From contig CAVQJC010000011.1 in the NCBI GenBank assembly GCA_963712745.1, positions 289,617 through 353,616 of the forward strand: 64,000 nucleotides of DNA. The letters run 5' to 3'. This DNA comes from an uncultured Chloroflexia bacterium. GTDB taxonomy: Bacteria; Chloroflexota; Limnocylindria; Limnocylindrales; CSP1-4. Below the pieces are notes generated by a model that was not told where the DNA came from, made no database searches, and saw only the letters and a program-made list of their open reading frames with translations. The position numbers were made by a program, and so were the translations under genes. The number at the start of each line of letters is the position of its first letter. Positions within the stretch are counted from its first letter, which is position 1. Of the stretch, positions 55,103-64,000 are shown piece by piece.

Positions 55103-56415
55103 CTACGCCAGCAGCTCTTGGGCCACGGTAGCGGCCGTGGCGGCGTCCTTGGCGAAGCCGTCGGCCCTGATCTCGGCCGCGAACTCGTCGGTCACCGGGA
55201 CGCCACCGACCATGACCTTGGCCGCGGGCGCCGCCGCGCGCATGGCGCTGACCGCGTCCTTCATGCCCATCATCGTGGTGGTCAGGAGGGCGCTGATGCC
55301 GACGATGTCGGCGCCGTGCTCCACCGCGCTGTCGGCGAAGGCCGCGGGCCAGCCGTTGGTGACGAGATCGACGATCTCGTGCACGGTTTCATACAACTCG
55401 ATGGTGTTCTCGATGGGCGTTTCGGGCAGAACGTAGTCGTGGCTGGGGGAGGCGACATAGCCGCCACCGGGCATCATGACCTCCAGGACCTCGCGAGTCC
55501 TGCTCCTCACGAGGTCGGGAGTGCCCTCGAGGACGAACTTGGTATCGATGCAGCCGTTCATCAGGATCCGGTCGCCGAACGCCGCCTTCAGTTCAGACGG
55601 CTCCATGCCCCCGGCGGATGGCTGCAGTGCCTGCAAGCCATCCAGGCCGATCTCGATCATCGTGGGGATGAGGGGCGCAAAGCCGCCGTAGCAATGCATC
55701 ATCACCTTCAGGCCGTAGTCATGACCGAGCTCCACCAGGCGCTTCAGGTGCGGGGCGAAGAAGCGACGGAAGGTGGCTTCGCTCATCAGCGGCCCGTTCA
55801 TGCCGCCGAAATCGTTGCCGATGAAGAAGATGTCGATGAGATCGGCCGCCGCGTCGAAGATGCGCTCGCTGACCCCGAAGTAGTAGTCCACGATGTCCTC
55901 GTGGAGGGCTTCCACCAGCTCGGGTTCCTCGTACATCTTGACGAGGAGGTTCTCCATGTCGAGCAGGTCGATGGCGTCGCGCCAGAAGGGGGACCAGTCC
56001 CCCCAGGATCGCGTACTCCCCCTGCCAGTCTCCGATCTCCGCCCGGATGCCAGCGGCACTCATCCAGGCCGGATCGGGCCAGGGATAGTCGTGCACCTCT
56101 CGTAGCGTGGCGCCGGCTAGCGGGTGACTCCGGGGCATGCCACAGCCGTAACCGTGCCGCTCCACGCCGAAGGGCAAGCGCTACGTGAAGCCCGGGGCCA
56201 GGTTCGCATCGGGGCCGGATCCGATAGGCCCCGCGTAGGTCGCGTGCACGCGCCTGAAGTCATCTCCCAGGAAGACCGACAGGGCTTCGTCATCCGGCAA
56301 CCCCAGGTGGTCGAACATCGCCTGCCTGGTCTCAGGGGCAGCGCCGAACCATGCTGGCACCGCGGTCCGGTTCCTCGAAGGCGAAGGCTGCCAACACGCG
56401 GTCCCTGGATGTCAT
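55103..56415 (-). pseudogene. Decayed uroporphyrinogen-decarboxylase-family (MtaA/CmuA-like) methyltransferase fused to the distal part of a B12-binding domain
   Basis: Reconstructed reading MTSRDRVLAAFAFEEPDR|VPAWFGAAPE...GFT*RLPFGVERHGYG...EYAILGG|DWSPFWRDAIDLLDMENLL... It needs a frameshift near 56357-56368, read-through of TAG 56181-56183, and a frameshift at the C6 run 55999-56004. The tail 'ADIVGISALLTTTM...VMVGGVPVTDEFAAEIRADGFAKDA' is B12-domain-like, but no DxHxxG is visible. Confidence 0.8.
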
Positions 56416-56464
56416 GGTGCCCCATCAGCCACGTCAGTCCCCCTCGCTGCGCCCCGTATCCACG

Positions 56465-58168
56465 CTAGAACAGGCCGACCGGGCGTCCCTGCTCGTCGAT
56501 GTCGACGTTCTCACCGGCAGGACGGCTGGGCAGGCCCGGCATCGTGCGCATGTCGCCCGCGAGCGGGTAGATGAAGCCCGCGCCCGCGGCCAGCTTGACC
56601 TCGCGGATGGGCACCCGGAAGCCGGACGGCCGGCCCAGCAGCGCCGGATCGTGCGACATCGAGAGGTGGGTCTTGGCCATGCACACCGGCAGGTGGCTGT
56701 AGCCCAGCCGGTCGTACTCGGCCAGGGCCTTGGCCGCGGCCGGCGCGAGGTCGATGCCGTCGGCCCCATAGACCTTCGTGGCGATGGTCTCGATCTTCTC
56801 GAGCAGCGGCATCGCGTCGGGGTAGAGCAGCCTGAACTCGGACGGCTCGGACGCCGCCTCCCACACCGCCGCGGCCAGCGCTTCTGACCCGGCCCCGCCG
56901 TCGGCCCAGTGGGTGGTCACGACCGCATCGCGGGCGCCGGCTGCCAGCGCCACCTCGCGGATGACCTCGAACTCCGAGGCGGCGTCACCCGGGAAGGCGT
57001 TGATGGCCACCACCACCGGCACGCCGTACTGGCGCACCAGCTCGATCTGGGCGGCGAGGTTCTGGCCACCCGCGCGCACCGCCTCGGGGTCCTCCGCCAG
57101 CAGCGCCGGGTCGAGCGGCTTGCCGGCCACGATGCGACCCACGCCACCGTGCATCTTCAGGGCCCGCACCGTGGCCACCACCACCGCGGCATCGGGCGCC
57201 ATGCCCGAGGCGCGGCACTTGATGTCGAAGAACTTCTCTGCCCCCATGTCCGCGCCGAAGCCGGCCTCGGTGACGACGATGTCGCTGGTCGCCAGGGCGA
57301 CCCGGTCGGCGAGGATGGAGCTGTTGCCATGGGCGATGTTGGCGAAGGGCCCGGCATGGACGAAGGCCGGCCCGCCCTCGAGGGTCTGCAGCAGGTTGGG
57401 CTTGATGGCATCGAGCAGGAGCACGGTCATGGCCCCGGCCACGCCCAGGTCCTCGGTCGTGACCGCTTTCCCCGACCGGTCGGTGGCGAGCACGATGCGA
57501 CCCAGCCGCGCGCGCAGGTCGAAGACGTCGGTGGCGAGGGCCAGGATGGCCATGACCTCGCTGGCCACGGTGATGACGAACTCGCTCTCGCGCGGCACCC
57601 CGTTGACCTTGCCGCCGAGGCCGATGTTGACCTTGCGCAGGGCGCGGTCGCTGATGTCGACCACCCGCGGCCAGGTGATCGAATAGGGGTCGATGTCGAG
57701 CGGATCGCCATGGTGGAGGCTGTTGTCGAGGAAGGCGCTCGCGAGGTTGTGCGCGGCGCCGATGGCGTGCACGTCACCGGTGAGGTGGAGGTTGAAGTCC
57801 TCCATGGGGATGATCTGCGAATAGCCGCCGCCGGCGGCCCCGCCCTTGATGCCGAAGACCGGGCCCAGCGAGGGCTGGCGGATGGCGACCGCGGCCGTGT
57901 GGCCGATGCGGTTGAGACCCTGCACCACACCGACGGTGGTGGTGGTCTTGCCCTCGCCCAGCGGGGTCGGCGTGATGGCGGTCATGACCACGTACCGGCC
58001 GCGCGGGTTCTCGCGCTCGACACGTCTGAGCCCCTCGAGCGTGACCTTGGCCTTGGTCGCGCCGTAGGGTTCGATCTCATCGGGCCGCAGCCCGAGCTCG
58101 GCAGCGATGTCGGTGATGGGCCGGGGGGTGACCGAGCGGGCGATGTCGAGGTCGGTCAGGGCGGTCAT
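56465..58168 (-). CDS. fhs: Formate--tetrahydrofolate ligase
   Basis: 567 aa. 'TAITPTPLGEGKTTTTVG' P-loop region and family-typical sequence throughout. Confidence 0.95.
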   Translation of the reverse strand: MTALTDLDIARSVTPRPITDIAAELGLRPDEIEPYGATKAKVTLEGLRRVERENPRGRYVVMTAITPTPLGEGKTTTTVGVVQGLNRIGHTAAVAIRQPSLGPVFGIKGGAAGGGYSQIIPMEDFNLHLTGDVHAIGAAHNLASAFLDNSLHHGDPLDIDPYSITWPRVVDISDRALRKVNIGLGGKVNGVPRESEFVITVASEVMAILALATDVFDLRARLGRIVLATDRSGKAVTTEDLGVAGAMTVLLLDAIKPNLLQTLEGGPAFVHAGPFANIAHGNSSILADRVALATSDIVVTEAGFGADMGAEKFFDIKCRASGMAPDAAVVVATVRALKMHGGVGRIVAGKPLDPALLAEDPEAVRAGGQNLAAQIELVRQYGVPVVVAINAFPGDAASEFEVIREVALAAGARDAVVTTHWADGGAGSEALAAAVWEAASEPSEFRLLYPDAMPLLEKIETIATKVYGADGIDLAPAAAKALAEYDRLGYSHLPVCMAKTHLSMSHDPALLGRPSGFRVPIREVKLAAGAGFIYPLAGDMRTMPGLPSRPAGENVDIDEQGRPVGLF

Positions 58169-58205
58169 GGATGGTCGTCCTCCTCGTCGTGTGATGGCGC
58201 CGGGC

Positions 58206-60998
58206 CTATGGGCCCGTCACCTTCGTGCTCACCGGCTTGTCATCACCATCGAGCTCGGCGGTGACGGACTCTGGCGGAGCAGCCGCCTTGGTGACCCGGG
58301 CAGCACACACCTTGTACTCCGCGGTCCGGGTGACGTCGTCGAAGACGTCGTTCGTGATGCGGTTCGTGGGCTGGTCGACGAAGTGGAATGGCATCCACAG
58401 CGCTCCGGGTCGGGTGCGTCGACCGACCTTGGCCCGCACTGTCACCTCCCCGCGGCGGGTCGCCACGGTGACGGCGTCAGCATCGGCCACGCCCAGCTCG
58501 GCGGCGTCATGCTCGTGCATCTCGACGAAGTTGCGACGCTGCTTCTGGCGGATCGCTCCTACCTTCTGAGTCATGTTCCCGATGTTGTAGTTGTAGAGCG
58601 TCCGCCCGGTGGAGAGGATGTATGGGTACTCGTCGTCAGGCAGCTCCGCCGCGGGCCGGAAGCCGATCTCGTGGAATGCTCCGAGGCCCCGGGTGAAGGT
58701 GCCTTCATGGAGGAACGGTGTCCCGGCATGGTCGGCGGTCGGGCAGGGCCACTGCAGGCCGACCTCGTCGATGCGCTCGTAGCTCATGCCGGCGTAGCTC
58801 GGGGTCAAGCTCGCCATCTCATCGAAGATCTCGCCGGCGTGCCCGTATGACATGGGGTAGCCCATCGCCGTCGACATGAGGCAGAGGATCTCCCAGTCCG
58901 GCTTCGCCTGGCCCGGCGGGTCGACGGCCTTGCGTACCCGCTGCACCCGCCGCTCGGTGTTGGTGAACGTCCCGTCCTTCTCGGCGAAGCTGGTCGCCGG
59001 GAAGACCACATCAGCCAACTTCGCGGTCTCGGTCATGAAGATCTCCTGGCACACCAGGAAGTCCAGTCTCTCGAGGTCGGCGATGACCTTCGCCTGATTG
59101 GGCTCCGACAGCACGGGATCCTCGCCGAACACGTAGAAGCCTCGCAGCACACCGTCGCCTGCGGCCTCGATGAAGTCAGGGATGCGGCCGCCTCTGTTGG
59201 TGGGAATCTCCACGCCCCACGCCTCTGCGAACTTGAGCCGCGCCACCTCGTCGGTGACCTTCTGGTAGCCGGGGAAGTCGCCGTGCATGGCGCCCATGTC
59301 ACAGCCGCCCTGCACGTTGTTCTGCCCTCGCAGCGGGTTCACGCCGCTGGAAGGCTTGCCGATCTGGCCACACAGCATCGCTAGGTTCGCCAGGTTCTGC
59401 ACGTTCTCGGTGCCGCAGGTGTGCTCGGTGATGCCGAGCGTGTAGAAGATGGCCGAGGGCTGTCCTTGTGCGTACGTCTCGGCGGCCCGCCTGATCAGAT
59501 CGGCATCGACGTCGCACACCCTGGCCGCCTGCTCGACGCTATAGCCGTCGAGGTTGCCGCGGAAGGCGTCGAAGCCCTCGCAGCGGGACGCGATGAACTC
59601 GACGTCGTGCAGGCCCCGGTCGAGGATGTGGCGCATCATCGCGTTGACCAGCATGTTGTCGGTGCCGGGCTTGTGCTGGATGTGGATGGCGGCGTGCTCG
59701 GCCACCCAGGTGCGGCGCGGGTCACACACGATCATCTTCGCCCCGCGCTTGAGTGCCTTCTTCATCTCGAGACCGATGATGGGATGCGCCTCGGTCGGAT
59801 TCGACCCGATGATGAGCATCGTGTCGACATCCTTGATCTCGCCGATGGGATTGGTCATCGCCCCCGACCCGAACGAGCTGGCCAGCCCGGCCACGGACGG
59901 GGCGTGGCAGGTGGTGGCGCATTGGTCGACGTTGTTGGTAGCGCCGGCGGATCGGGCCATCTTCTGCAGGAGGTAGTTCTCCTCGTTGGTGCAGCGGCAC
60001 GAGCTGAGGAAGGCCACGGCGTCCGGGCCATGTTCCCGGCGGATCTCCCGCAGCCGCCGGCCCGCCAGCTTCAGTGCCTCATCCCAGCTCGCTTCACGGA
60101 ACTCACCGTTCTCCTTGATGAGCGGCGTCGTCAGCCGCTCGGGTGAGTGGATGTATTCGAACCCGAACTTGCCCTTGACGCATAGGTTGCCGTCGTTGGG
60201 CACACAGCCGACCGGGGAGGTCACCCGCACGACACGGTTGGCCGACCTGTCGACATTCAGGTCCAGGACGCAGCCGACGCCACAGTACGGGCAGACCGTG
60301 CGAACCGACTCGAGGTCCTTGCACTGACCCTTGCCCAGCGCTGCCCGCTCGTACATGGCCCCGGTCGGGCAGGTCGAGATGCACATGCCGCAGAGCACGC
60401 ACGAGGTGTCATTCAAGGCCATGTCGAACGGCGTAGTCACCGCCGCCTGCGCGGCTCTCTGCGTGAACGTCAGCGCGCTGGCCATCACCACCTCGTCACA
60501 GATGCGCACGCAGCGGCCGCAAGTGATGCACAGCTGAGGGTCGAAGGCGATGGCTTCGTTGCCGGTGGTGAAGTTCGGGACGGCCGGATCTGGCTGGTAC
60601 GATCCGAATGCGAACTGGTCGACCCCGTAGCGGTACGCGTAGTCCATCAGGGCGCACTCGCCGTTCTTGTCACACGTGGGGCAGCTGACCCGGTGGTCGC
60701 CGAGTATCAGCTCCAGCACCGACTCGCGCATCGACGCCAGTTCGTCGCTCTCGGTGCGAATGACCATGCCCTCCTCGATCTGGGTGGTACATGCCGTCGG
60801 CAGGCCGGGGTGACCATCGACCTCCACGATGCACAGCCGGCACGCCCCCACCGGCTTCAGTCGGGGATCGAAGCACAGGCGGGGTACGTCGATGCCGGCC
60901 GCAAGGGCGGCTTCCAGCACCGTCTCGCCTTCGGCGGCAGAGACCGGCTGGCCGTCGATGGTGAGGGTCACCGTACCCGGCGCTGTCGCTACGGCCAT
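58206..60998 (-). CDS. fdhA: NAD-linked formate dehydrogenase catalytic (alpha) subunit, Cys-type molybdopterin enzyme
   Basis: N-terminal 2Fe-2S ('GACRLCIVEV') and 4Fe-4S motifs. Mo-bisPGD domain with 'TTCHAPSVAGL' (Cys at the Sec/Cys position). No in-frame TGA. Confidence 0.9.
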   Translation of the reverse strand: MAVATAPGTVTLTIDGQPVSAAEGETVLEAALAAGIDVPRLCFDPRLKPVGACRLCIVEVDGHPGLPTACTTQIEEGMVIRTESDELASMRESVLELILGDHRVSCPTCDKNGECALMDYAYRYGVDQFAFGSYQPDPAVPNFTTGNEAIAFDPQLCITCGRCVRICDEVVMASALTFTQRAAQAAVTTPFDMALNDTSCVLCGMCISTCPTGAMYERAALGKGQCKDLESVRTVCPYCGVGCVLDLNVDRSANRVVRVTSPVGCVPNDGNLCVKGKFGFEYIHSPERLTTPLIKENGEFREASWDEALKLAGRRLREIRREHGPDAVAFLSSCRCTNEENYLLQKMARSAGATNNVDQCATTCHAPSVAGLASSFGSGAMTNPIGEIKDVDTMLIIGSNPTEAHPIIGLEMKKALKRGAKMIVCDPRRTWVAEHAAIHIQHKPGTDNMLVNAMMRHILDRGLHDVEFIASRCEGFDAFRGNLDGYSVEQAARVCDVDADLIRRAAETYAQGQPSAIFYTLGITEHTCGTENVQNLANLAMLCGQIGKPSSGVNPLRGQNNVQGGCDMGAMHGDFPGYQKVTDEVARLKFAEAWGVEIPTNRGGRIPDFIEAAGDGVLRGFYVFGEDPVLSEPNQAKVIADLERLDFLVCQEIFMTETAKLADVVFPATSFAEKDGTFTNTERRVQRVRKAVDPPGQAKPDWEILCLMSTAMGYPMSYGHAGEIFDEMASLTPSYAGMSYERIDEVGLQWPCPTADHAGTPFLHEGTFTRGLGAFHEIGFRPAAELPDDEYPYILSTGRTLYNYNIGNMTQKVGAIRQKQRRNFVEMHEHDAAELGVADADAVTVATRRGEVTVRAKVGRRTRPGALWMPFHFVDQPTNRITNDVFDDVTRTAEYKVCAARVTKAAAPPESVTAELDGDDKPVSTKVTGP

Positions 60999-62699
60999 CT
61001 ATGCCTGACCTCCCGCCAGCGCAGGCTCGCGCGGACCCAGCGCCTTGCAGACCCCAGCCGGACAGGTCCCCTCGACCACGTGCGCCAGGTATTCGTCGCG
61101 GAAGTGGCGCAGCGTAGAGAGCACCGGGTTGGGCGCGGTCTGCCCCAGGCCGCACAGTGACGTGCGGCGTACCACGTCGCTGAGCTGTTCCAGCCTGTCC
61201 AGGTCGGCGGCCGTGCCCTCGCCACCGCAGATGCGGTCGAGGATCTCCTGCAGTCGCACCGTACCCAATCGACACGGCGCGCAAAGCCCACAGCTCTCGG
61301 CAGCGCAGAAGCTGATGAAGTAGCGGGCGATGTCCACGATGCAGGTCGTGTCGTCCATCACGATCATGCCGCCGGATCCCATGATCGCCCCGACCTCGCG
61401 CAGCGAGTCGTAGTCGATGGGCAGGTCGAGATGGGCTGCCGGCACGCAGCCGCCTGAGGGCCCGCCCATCTGCACCGCCTTGAACTCCCGGTCGCGGGGC
61501 AGGCCGCCACCGACCCCGAACACGATGTCGCGGATCGTCGCCCCCATCGGCACCTCCACCAGGCCGGTGTTCTTCACCTGGCCCGCGAGGGCGAAGATCT
61601 TGGTGCCCTTCGACCCTTGCGTCCCGCGCTCGGCGAAGGCGGCGCCGCCTTCGGCCACGATCAGCGGGATGTTCGCGAACGTCTCGACGTTGTTGATGAT
61701 CGTCGGCTGGCCCAGGTAGCCCCTCGCTGCGGGGTACGGCGGCTTGGGTCGGGCGATGCCTCGATGTCCCTCCAGCGAGGCGATCATGGCAGTCTCCTCA
61801 CCGCACACGAACGCCCCGGCGCCCTCACGCACCTCGATGTCCAGCGAGAACCCACTGCCCAGGATGTCGTCGCCCAGCAGACCCCATTCTCTCGCCTGGT
61901 CGATGGCCAGCCGCACGTGATGCACGGCGATGGGATACTCGGCCCGGACGTAGATGAAGCCCCTGGTGGCCCCGACTGCGAAGGCGGCGATGATCATGCC
62001 CTCGATGACGCTGTGCGGGTCGCCCTCCAGCAGGGCCCGATCCATGAAGGCGCCCGGGTCACCCTCGTCGGCGTTGCAGATGAGGTACCGATCCCCGGCG
62101 AAGAAGCGCTTGCAGATCTCCCACTTGAGCCCGGTCGGGAAGCCACCACCACCGCGGCCGCGGATGGCGCTCGCCTTCACCTCCTCGACGACCTCATCGG
62201 GCTGCATATCGAGGAAGGCCTTGGCGGCTGCCTGGTAGACGTCGCGCCCGATGGCGTCTTCGATGCGCTGCGGATCGACCCGGCCGACGTTGCGCAGCAC
62301 CCGCTTGGTCTGGTGCTGGTAGAAGGGGATGTCATGCATGTGCGCCATGGTCTCGTCGCGCTCGTAGCACAAGCGGGCGACGACCTCGCCTTTCTGCACG
62401 GTCTGGGAGATGACGTCGGGCACGAACTTCACCCGGTTGCGGCCGTAGAGGACATCGCCGGGTTCGATGACGGCTACTGGGGCCATGGCGCACAGGCCGT
62501 GGCAGCCAGTGGCGACGATGTCGACCTCCTCTTCAAGGCCGGCGAGAGCGACCTCCTCTCGGAACGCCGCCTCGATCTCCCGGGCTCCGATGGCGAGGCA
62601 TCCGGTGGAGCACACCAGCACCCGCTTCCTTCCCTCCGCGGCAGCGACCAGCCTGTCGCGGAGCGCGGTCAGCTCGTCCGAAGACCCGATCCTGGTCAT
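60999..62699 (-). CDS. NuoF-like NAD(H)/FMN/Fe-S subunit of formate dehydrogenase
   Basis: 'GRGGGGFPTGLKW' FMN/NADH motif, 'ESCGLCAPCR' N3 cluster, N-terminal thioredoxin-like 2Fe-2S domain. ATGA overlap with the NuoE-like gene. Confidence 0.9.
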   Translation of the reverse strand: MTRIGSSDELTALRDRLVAAAEGRKRVLVCSTGCLAIGAREIEAAFREEVALAGLEEEVDIVATGCHGLCAMAPVAVIEPGDVLYGRNRVKFVPDVISQTVQKGEVVARLCYERDETMAHMHDIPFYQHQTKRVLRNVGRVDPQRIEDAIGRDVYQAAAKAFLDMQPDEVVEEVKASAIRGRGGGGFPTGLKWEICKRFFAGDRYLICNADEGDPGAFMDRALLEGDPHSVIEGMIIAAFAVGATRGFIYVRAEYPIAVHHVRLAIDQAREWGLLGDDILGSGFSLDIEVREGAGAFVCGEETAMIASLEGHRGIARPKPPYPAARGYLGQPTIINNVETFANIPLIVAEGGAAFAERGTQGSKGTKIFALAGQVKNTGLVEVPMGATIRDIVFGVGGGLPRDREFKAVQMGGPSGGCVPAAHLDLPIDYDSLREVGAIMGSGGMIVMDDTTCIVDIARYFISFCAAESCGLCAPCRLGTVRLQEILDRICGGEGTAADLDRLEQLSDVVRRTSLCGLGQTAPNPVLSTLRHFRDEYLAHVVEGTCPAGVCKALGPREPALAGGQA

Positions 62700-63178
62700 C
62701 GGTACCGCTCCAGGATCCCCGTGACCTTGTCCGCGGTCACGCTGCCGAAGTAGTCGTGGCCGATCATCACTACCGGCGCCAGGAAGCATGTGCCCAGGCA
62801 GGCCACGGTCTCGATGCCGTAGCGGCCATCTTCGGTGATCTCCCCTTCGTGGATGCCAAGGCGAGACTCCACGGCATCCTGGATCGCTTGGCGGCCCCGC
62901 ACGTGGCAAGCCGTACCACGGCACACCCGGACGGTATTGCGGGCGTGTGGCTCGAGATAGAACTGCGCGTAGAAGGTCGCGACCCCGTACAGATGGCTGA
63001 GTGGGACACCCGCAACGGCGCTCGCCTCGAGCAGCACCTCTTCCGGCAAATAGCCGTAGGTGCCCTGGATCGCCTGGAGCAGCGGTACGACGTGCCCATG
63101 ACCGATGGGCGCCATCTCATCGAGGACGCGCCGTGCCGGAGCCAGGTCTACCGTGTCGGCGACCGAAGATCCGACCAT
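62696..63178 (-). CDS. NuoE-like [2Fe-2S] subunit of formate dehydrogenase
   Basis: 'VRVCRGTACHVRG...ETVACLGTCFLAPV' Cys pattern. 160 aa from ATG 63178. Confidence 0.85.
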   Translation of the reverse strand: MVGSSVADTVDLAPARRVLDEMAPIGHGHVVPLLQAIQGTYGYLPEEVLLEASAVAGVPLSHLYGVATFYAQFYLEPHARNTVRVCRGTACHVRGRQAIQDAVESRLGIHEGEITEDGRYGIETVACLGTCFLAPVVMIGHDYFGSVTADKVTGILERYR

Positions 63179-63493
63179 CGAGGGGCAGCGTATCTCGAGG
63201 CTCTGACCTCGGGGCGTGGCAAAGGTCCCGAGTCCTCGGGATATGAGGCACCATTCCGCTCGTAGCGTCTGGGAACCAGGGCTGGATGGGACGCTCCGGT
63301 CGACCATCGCGTGGACCCGTCGGAGGTCGACGCCCGCTGCCCGTCGCCACACGAGGGGCAGGTTCGACCGTCGCGCGAGGTGGGCCGAACGGCCCTGCGA
63401 TTCGGGCCCGCGCAGCCTAGCCAGCCTAACCGTTTGCCTGACACTCTGGGTCGACAAGCCTTCTGATCAGCGCTCTGCACGAGGTAGGCTCGG

Positions 63494-63859
63494 ATGGGGT
63501 CGTCGACTGAGGCGTCGATGCTCGCTGCGCTCGAGCAGGCCGAGATGGCCGCTCGCGAGCGCCGGCTTGCCGCGTCCAGTGAGGCGGAGGCGGTCCTGTC
63601 CGCAGCGCAGGCGCGTGCGTCTGAGATCGGCGCGAGCGCGGGTCGACGTGTGGACGATGCCCTGGCCGACTTACGCCACTCGGCGGAAGCTGCGGCTGAC
63701 GCGGCGATCGTGGATCTCGAACGGGTCGCGGCCAAGCGTGCAGGTGCGAGCACGAGCCGCGCACGGGACGATCGGGTCGTCGGGAGCGCTGTGGCCATGG
63801 TCGTCGCCCGCGTCCTTGGCGAATTGTCCTCCGACCCCGACGACGGGGATCGAGCCTGA
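63494..63859 (+). CDS. Small Ala/Glu-rich coiled-coil protein, possibly a V/A-type ATPase peripheral-stalk subunit (G/H-like)
   Basis: 121 aa, helical composition. It sits immediately upstream of, and overlaps (TGATG), a subunit-I-like gene, as in Thermus-type V-ATPase operons. Confidence 0.4.
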   Translation: MGSSTEASMLAALEQAEMAARERRLAASSEAEAVLSAAQARASEIGASAGRRVDDALADLRHSAEAAADAAIVDLERVAAKRAGASTSRARDDRVVGSAVAMVVARVLGELSSDPDDGDRA

Positions 63860-64000
63860 TGCTCGTCCCCATGCGCCGCGTCGAGATCGTCGTCCCGCGC
63901 TCGACCGCGAGCGCCGCGCTGAAGCTGATACACCGCGCGGGCGCTGTGCACCTCGAGACCTTCGACCAGCTGGACGGGGCGCACCCAGGTATGTTCGTCA
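63859..64000 (+). CDS. V/A-type ATP synthase subunit I, N-terminal fragment (continues beyond the window)
   Basis: 'MLVPMRRVEIVVPRSTASAALKLIHRAGAVHLE' matches the typical subunit-I N-terminus pattern (M..M.rv.i......l..L...G.vh.e). Confidence 0.55.
   Translation, partial: MLVPMRRVEIVVPRSTASAALKLIHRAGAVHLETFDQLDGAHPGMFV

Noticed and set aside
56181-56183. The in-frame TAG in the URO-D-family gene as a pyrrolysine codon
   Set aside because: Pyl is known in MttB/MtbB/MtmB-type methylamine methyltransferases, not in the URO-D/MtaA family. No pyl genes are visible, and the same gene carries two frameshifts and a truncated B12 domain, so a nonsense mutation in a pseudogene is the simpler reading.
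58206-60998. Selenocysteine (TGA recoding) in the formate dehydrogenase alpha subunit
   Set aside because: The ORF is uninterrupted, and the catalytic position reads Cys in the TTCHAPSVAGL motif. No in-frame TGA or SECIS-like need is apparent.
63485-63490. TAGGCT -10-like hexamer 3 nt upstream of the ATG at 63494 as a leaderless promoter for the V-ATPase operon
   Set aside because: A transcription start 6-8 nt downstream of this hexamer would fall after the ATG, which is inconsistent with that start codon. The -35 candidate is weak. It is not annotated.
63179-63493. A Moco riboswitch in the FDH operon leader
   Set aside because: There are several small hairpins, but I cannot match the conserved Moco-motif core from memory with confidence. 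It needs a covariance-model scan and is reported only as a low-interest check.

Overview
This is a high-GC (about 68-70% by eye), densely coding window that looks Actinomycetota-like, though taxonomy is inference only. Most of it is carbohydrate uptake and catabolism. There is an amino-sugar locus (nagA, a GntR regulator, a CUT1 ABC transporter, a ROK kinase, a SIS protein). There is an IclR-linked CUT2 ABC transporter with an esterase. There is also a LacI-controlled araA plus CUT2 ABC operon that ends in a glycyl-radical enzyme (GRE) and its activase. A tRNA-Gln gene and a degenerate copy of its 3' half bracket that last ~11 kb locus, which suggests a fossil genomic island. Further along are an intact RACo-like corrinoid activator, a secreted Kelch propeller, an SDR, an F420/LLM oxidoreductase and a DeoR-linked E1alpha/E1beta/E2 2-oxoacid dehydrogenase set. 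After these come a membrane-stress-type cluster (TelA, XpaC-like, lipoprotein-vWA) facing an Ala/Arg-rich membrane protein with a perfect in-frame 207-bp triplication, and then a 92-bp x ~4 non-coding tandem array. The most unusual element is an 8.7-kb module. It holds two paralogous cyclase-like/P-loop/TPR STAND proteins, each with its own duplicated promoter, and a translationally coupled unknown gene, all bracketed by a 34-bp imperfect direct repeat. The 3' end carries a multi-lesion methyltransferase/B12-domain pseudogene, fhs, a Cys-type NAD-linked formate dehydrogenase (NuoE/NuoF-like plus FdhA) and the start of a V/A-type ATPase operon. Several genes show single-nucleotide frame breaks, and two of these fall at the identical 11-mer GAGATCGATCG. 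All functional calls rest on motif and family recognition by eye; no searches were run.
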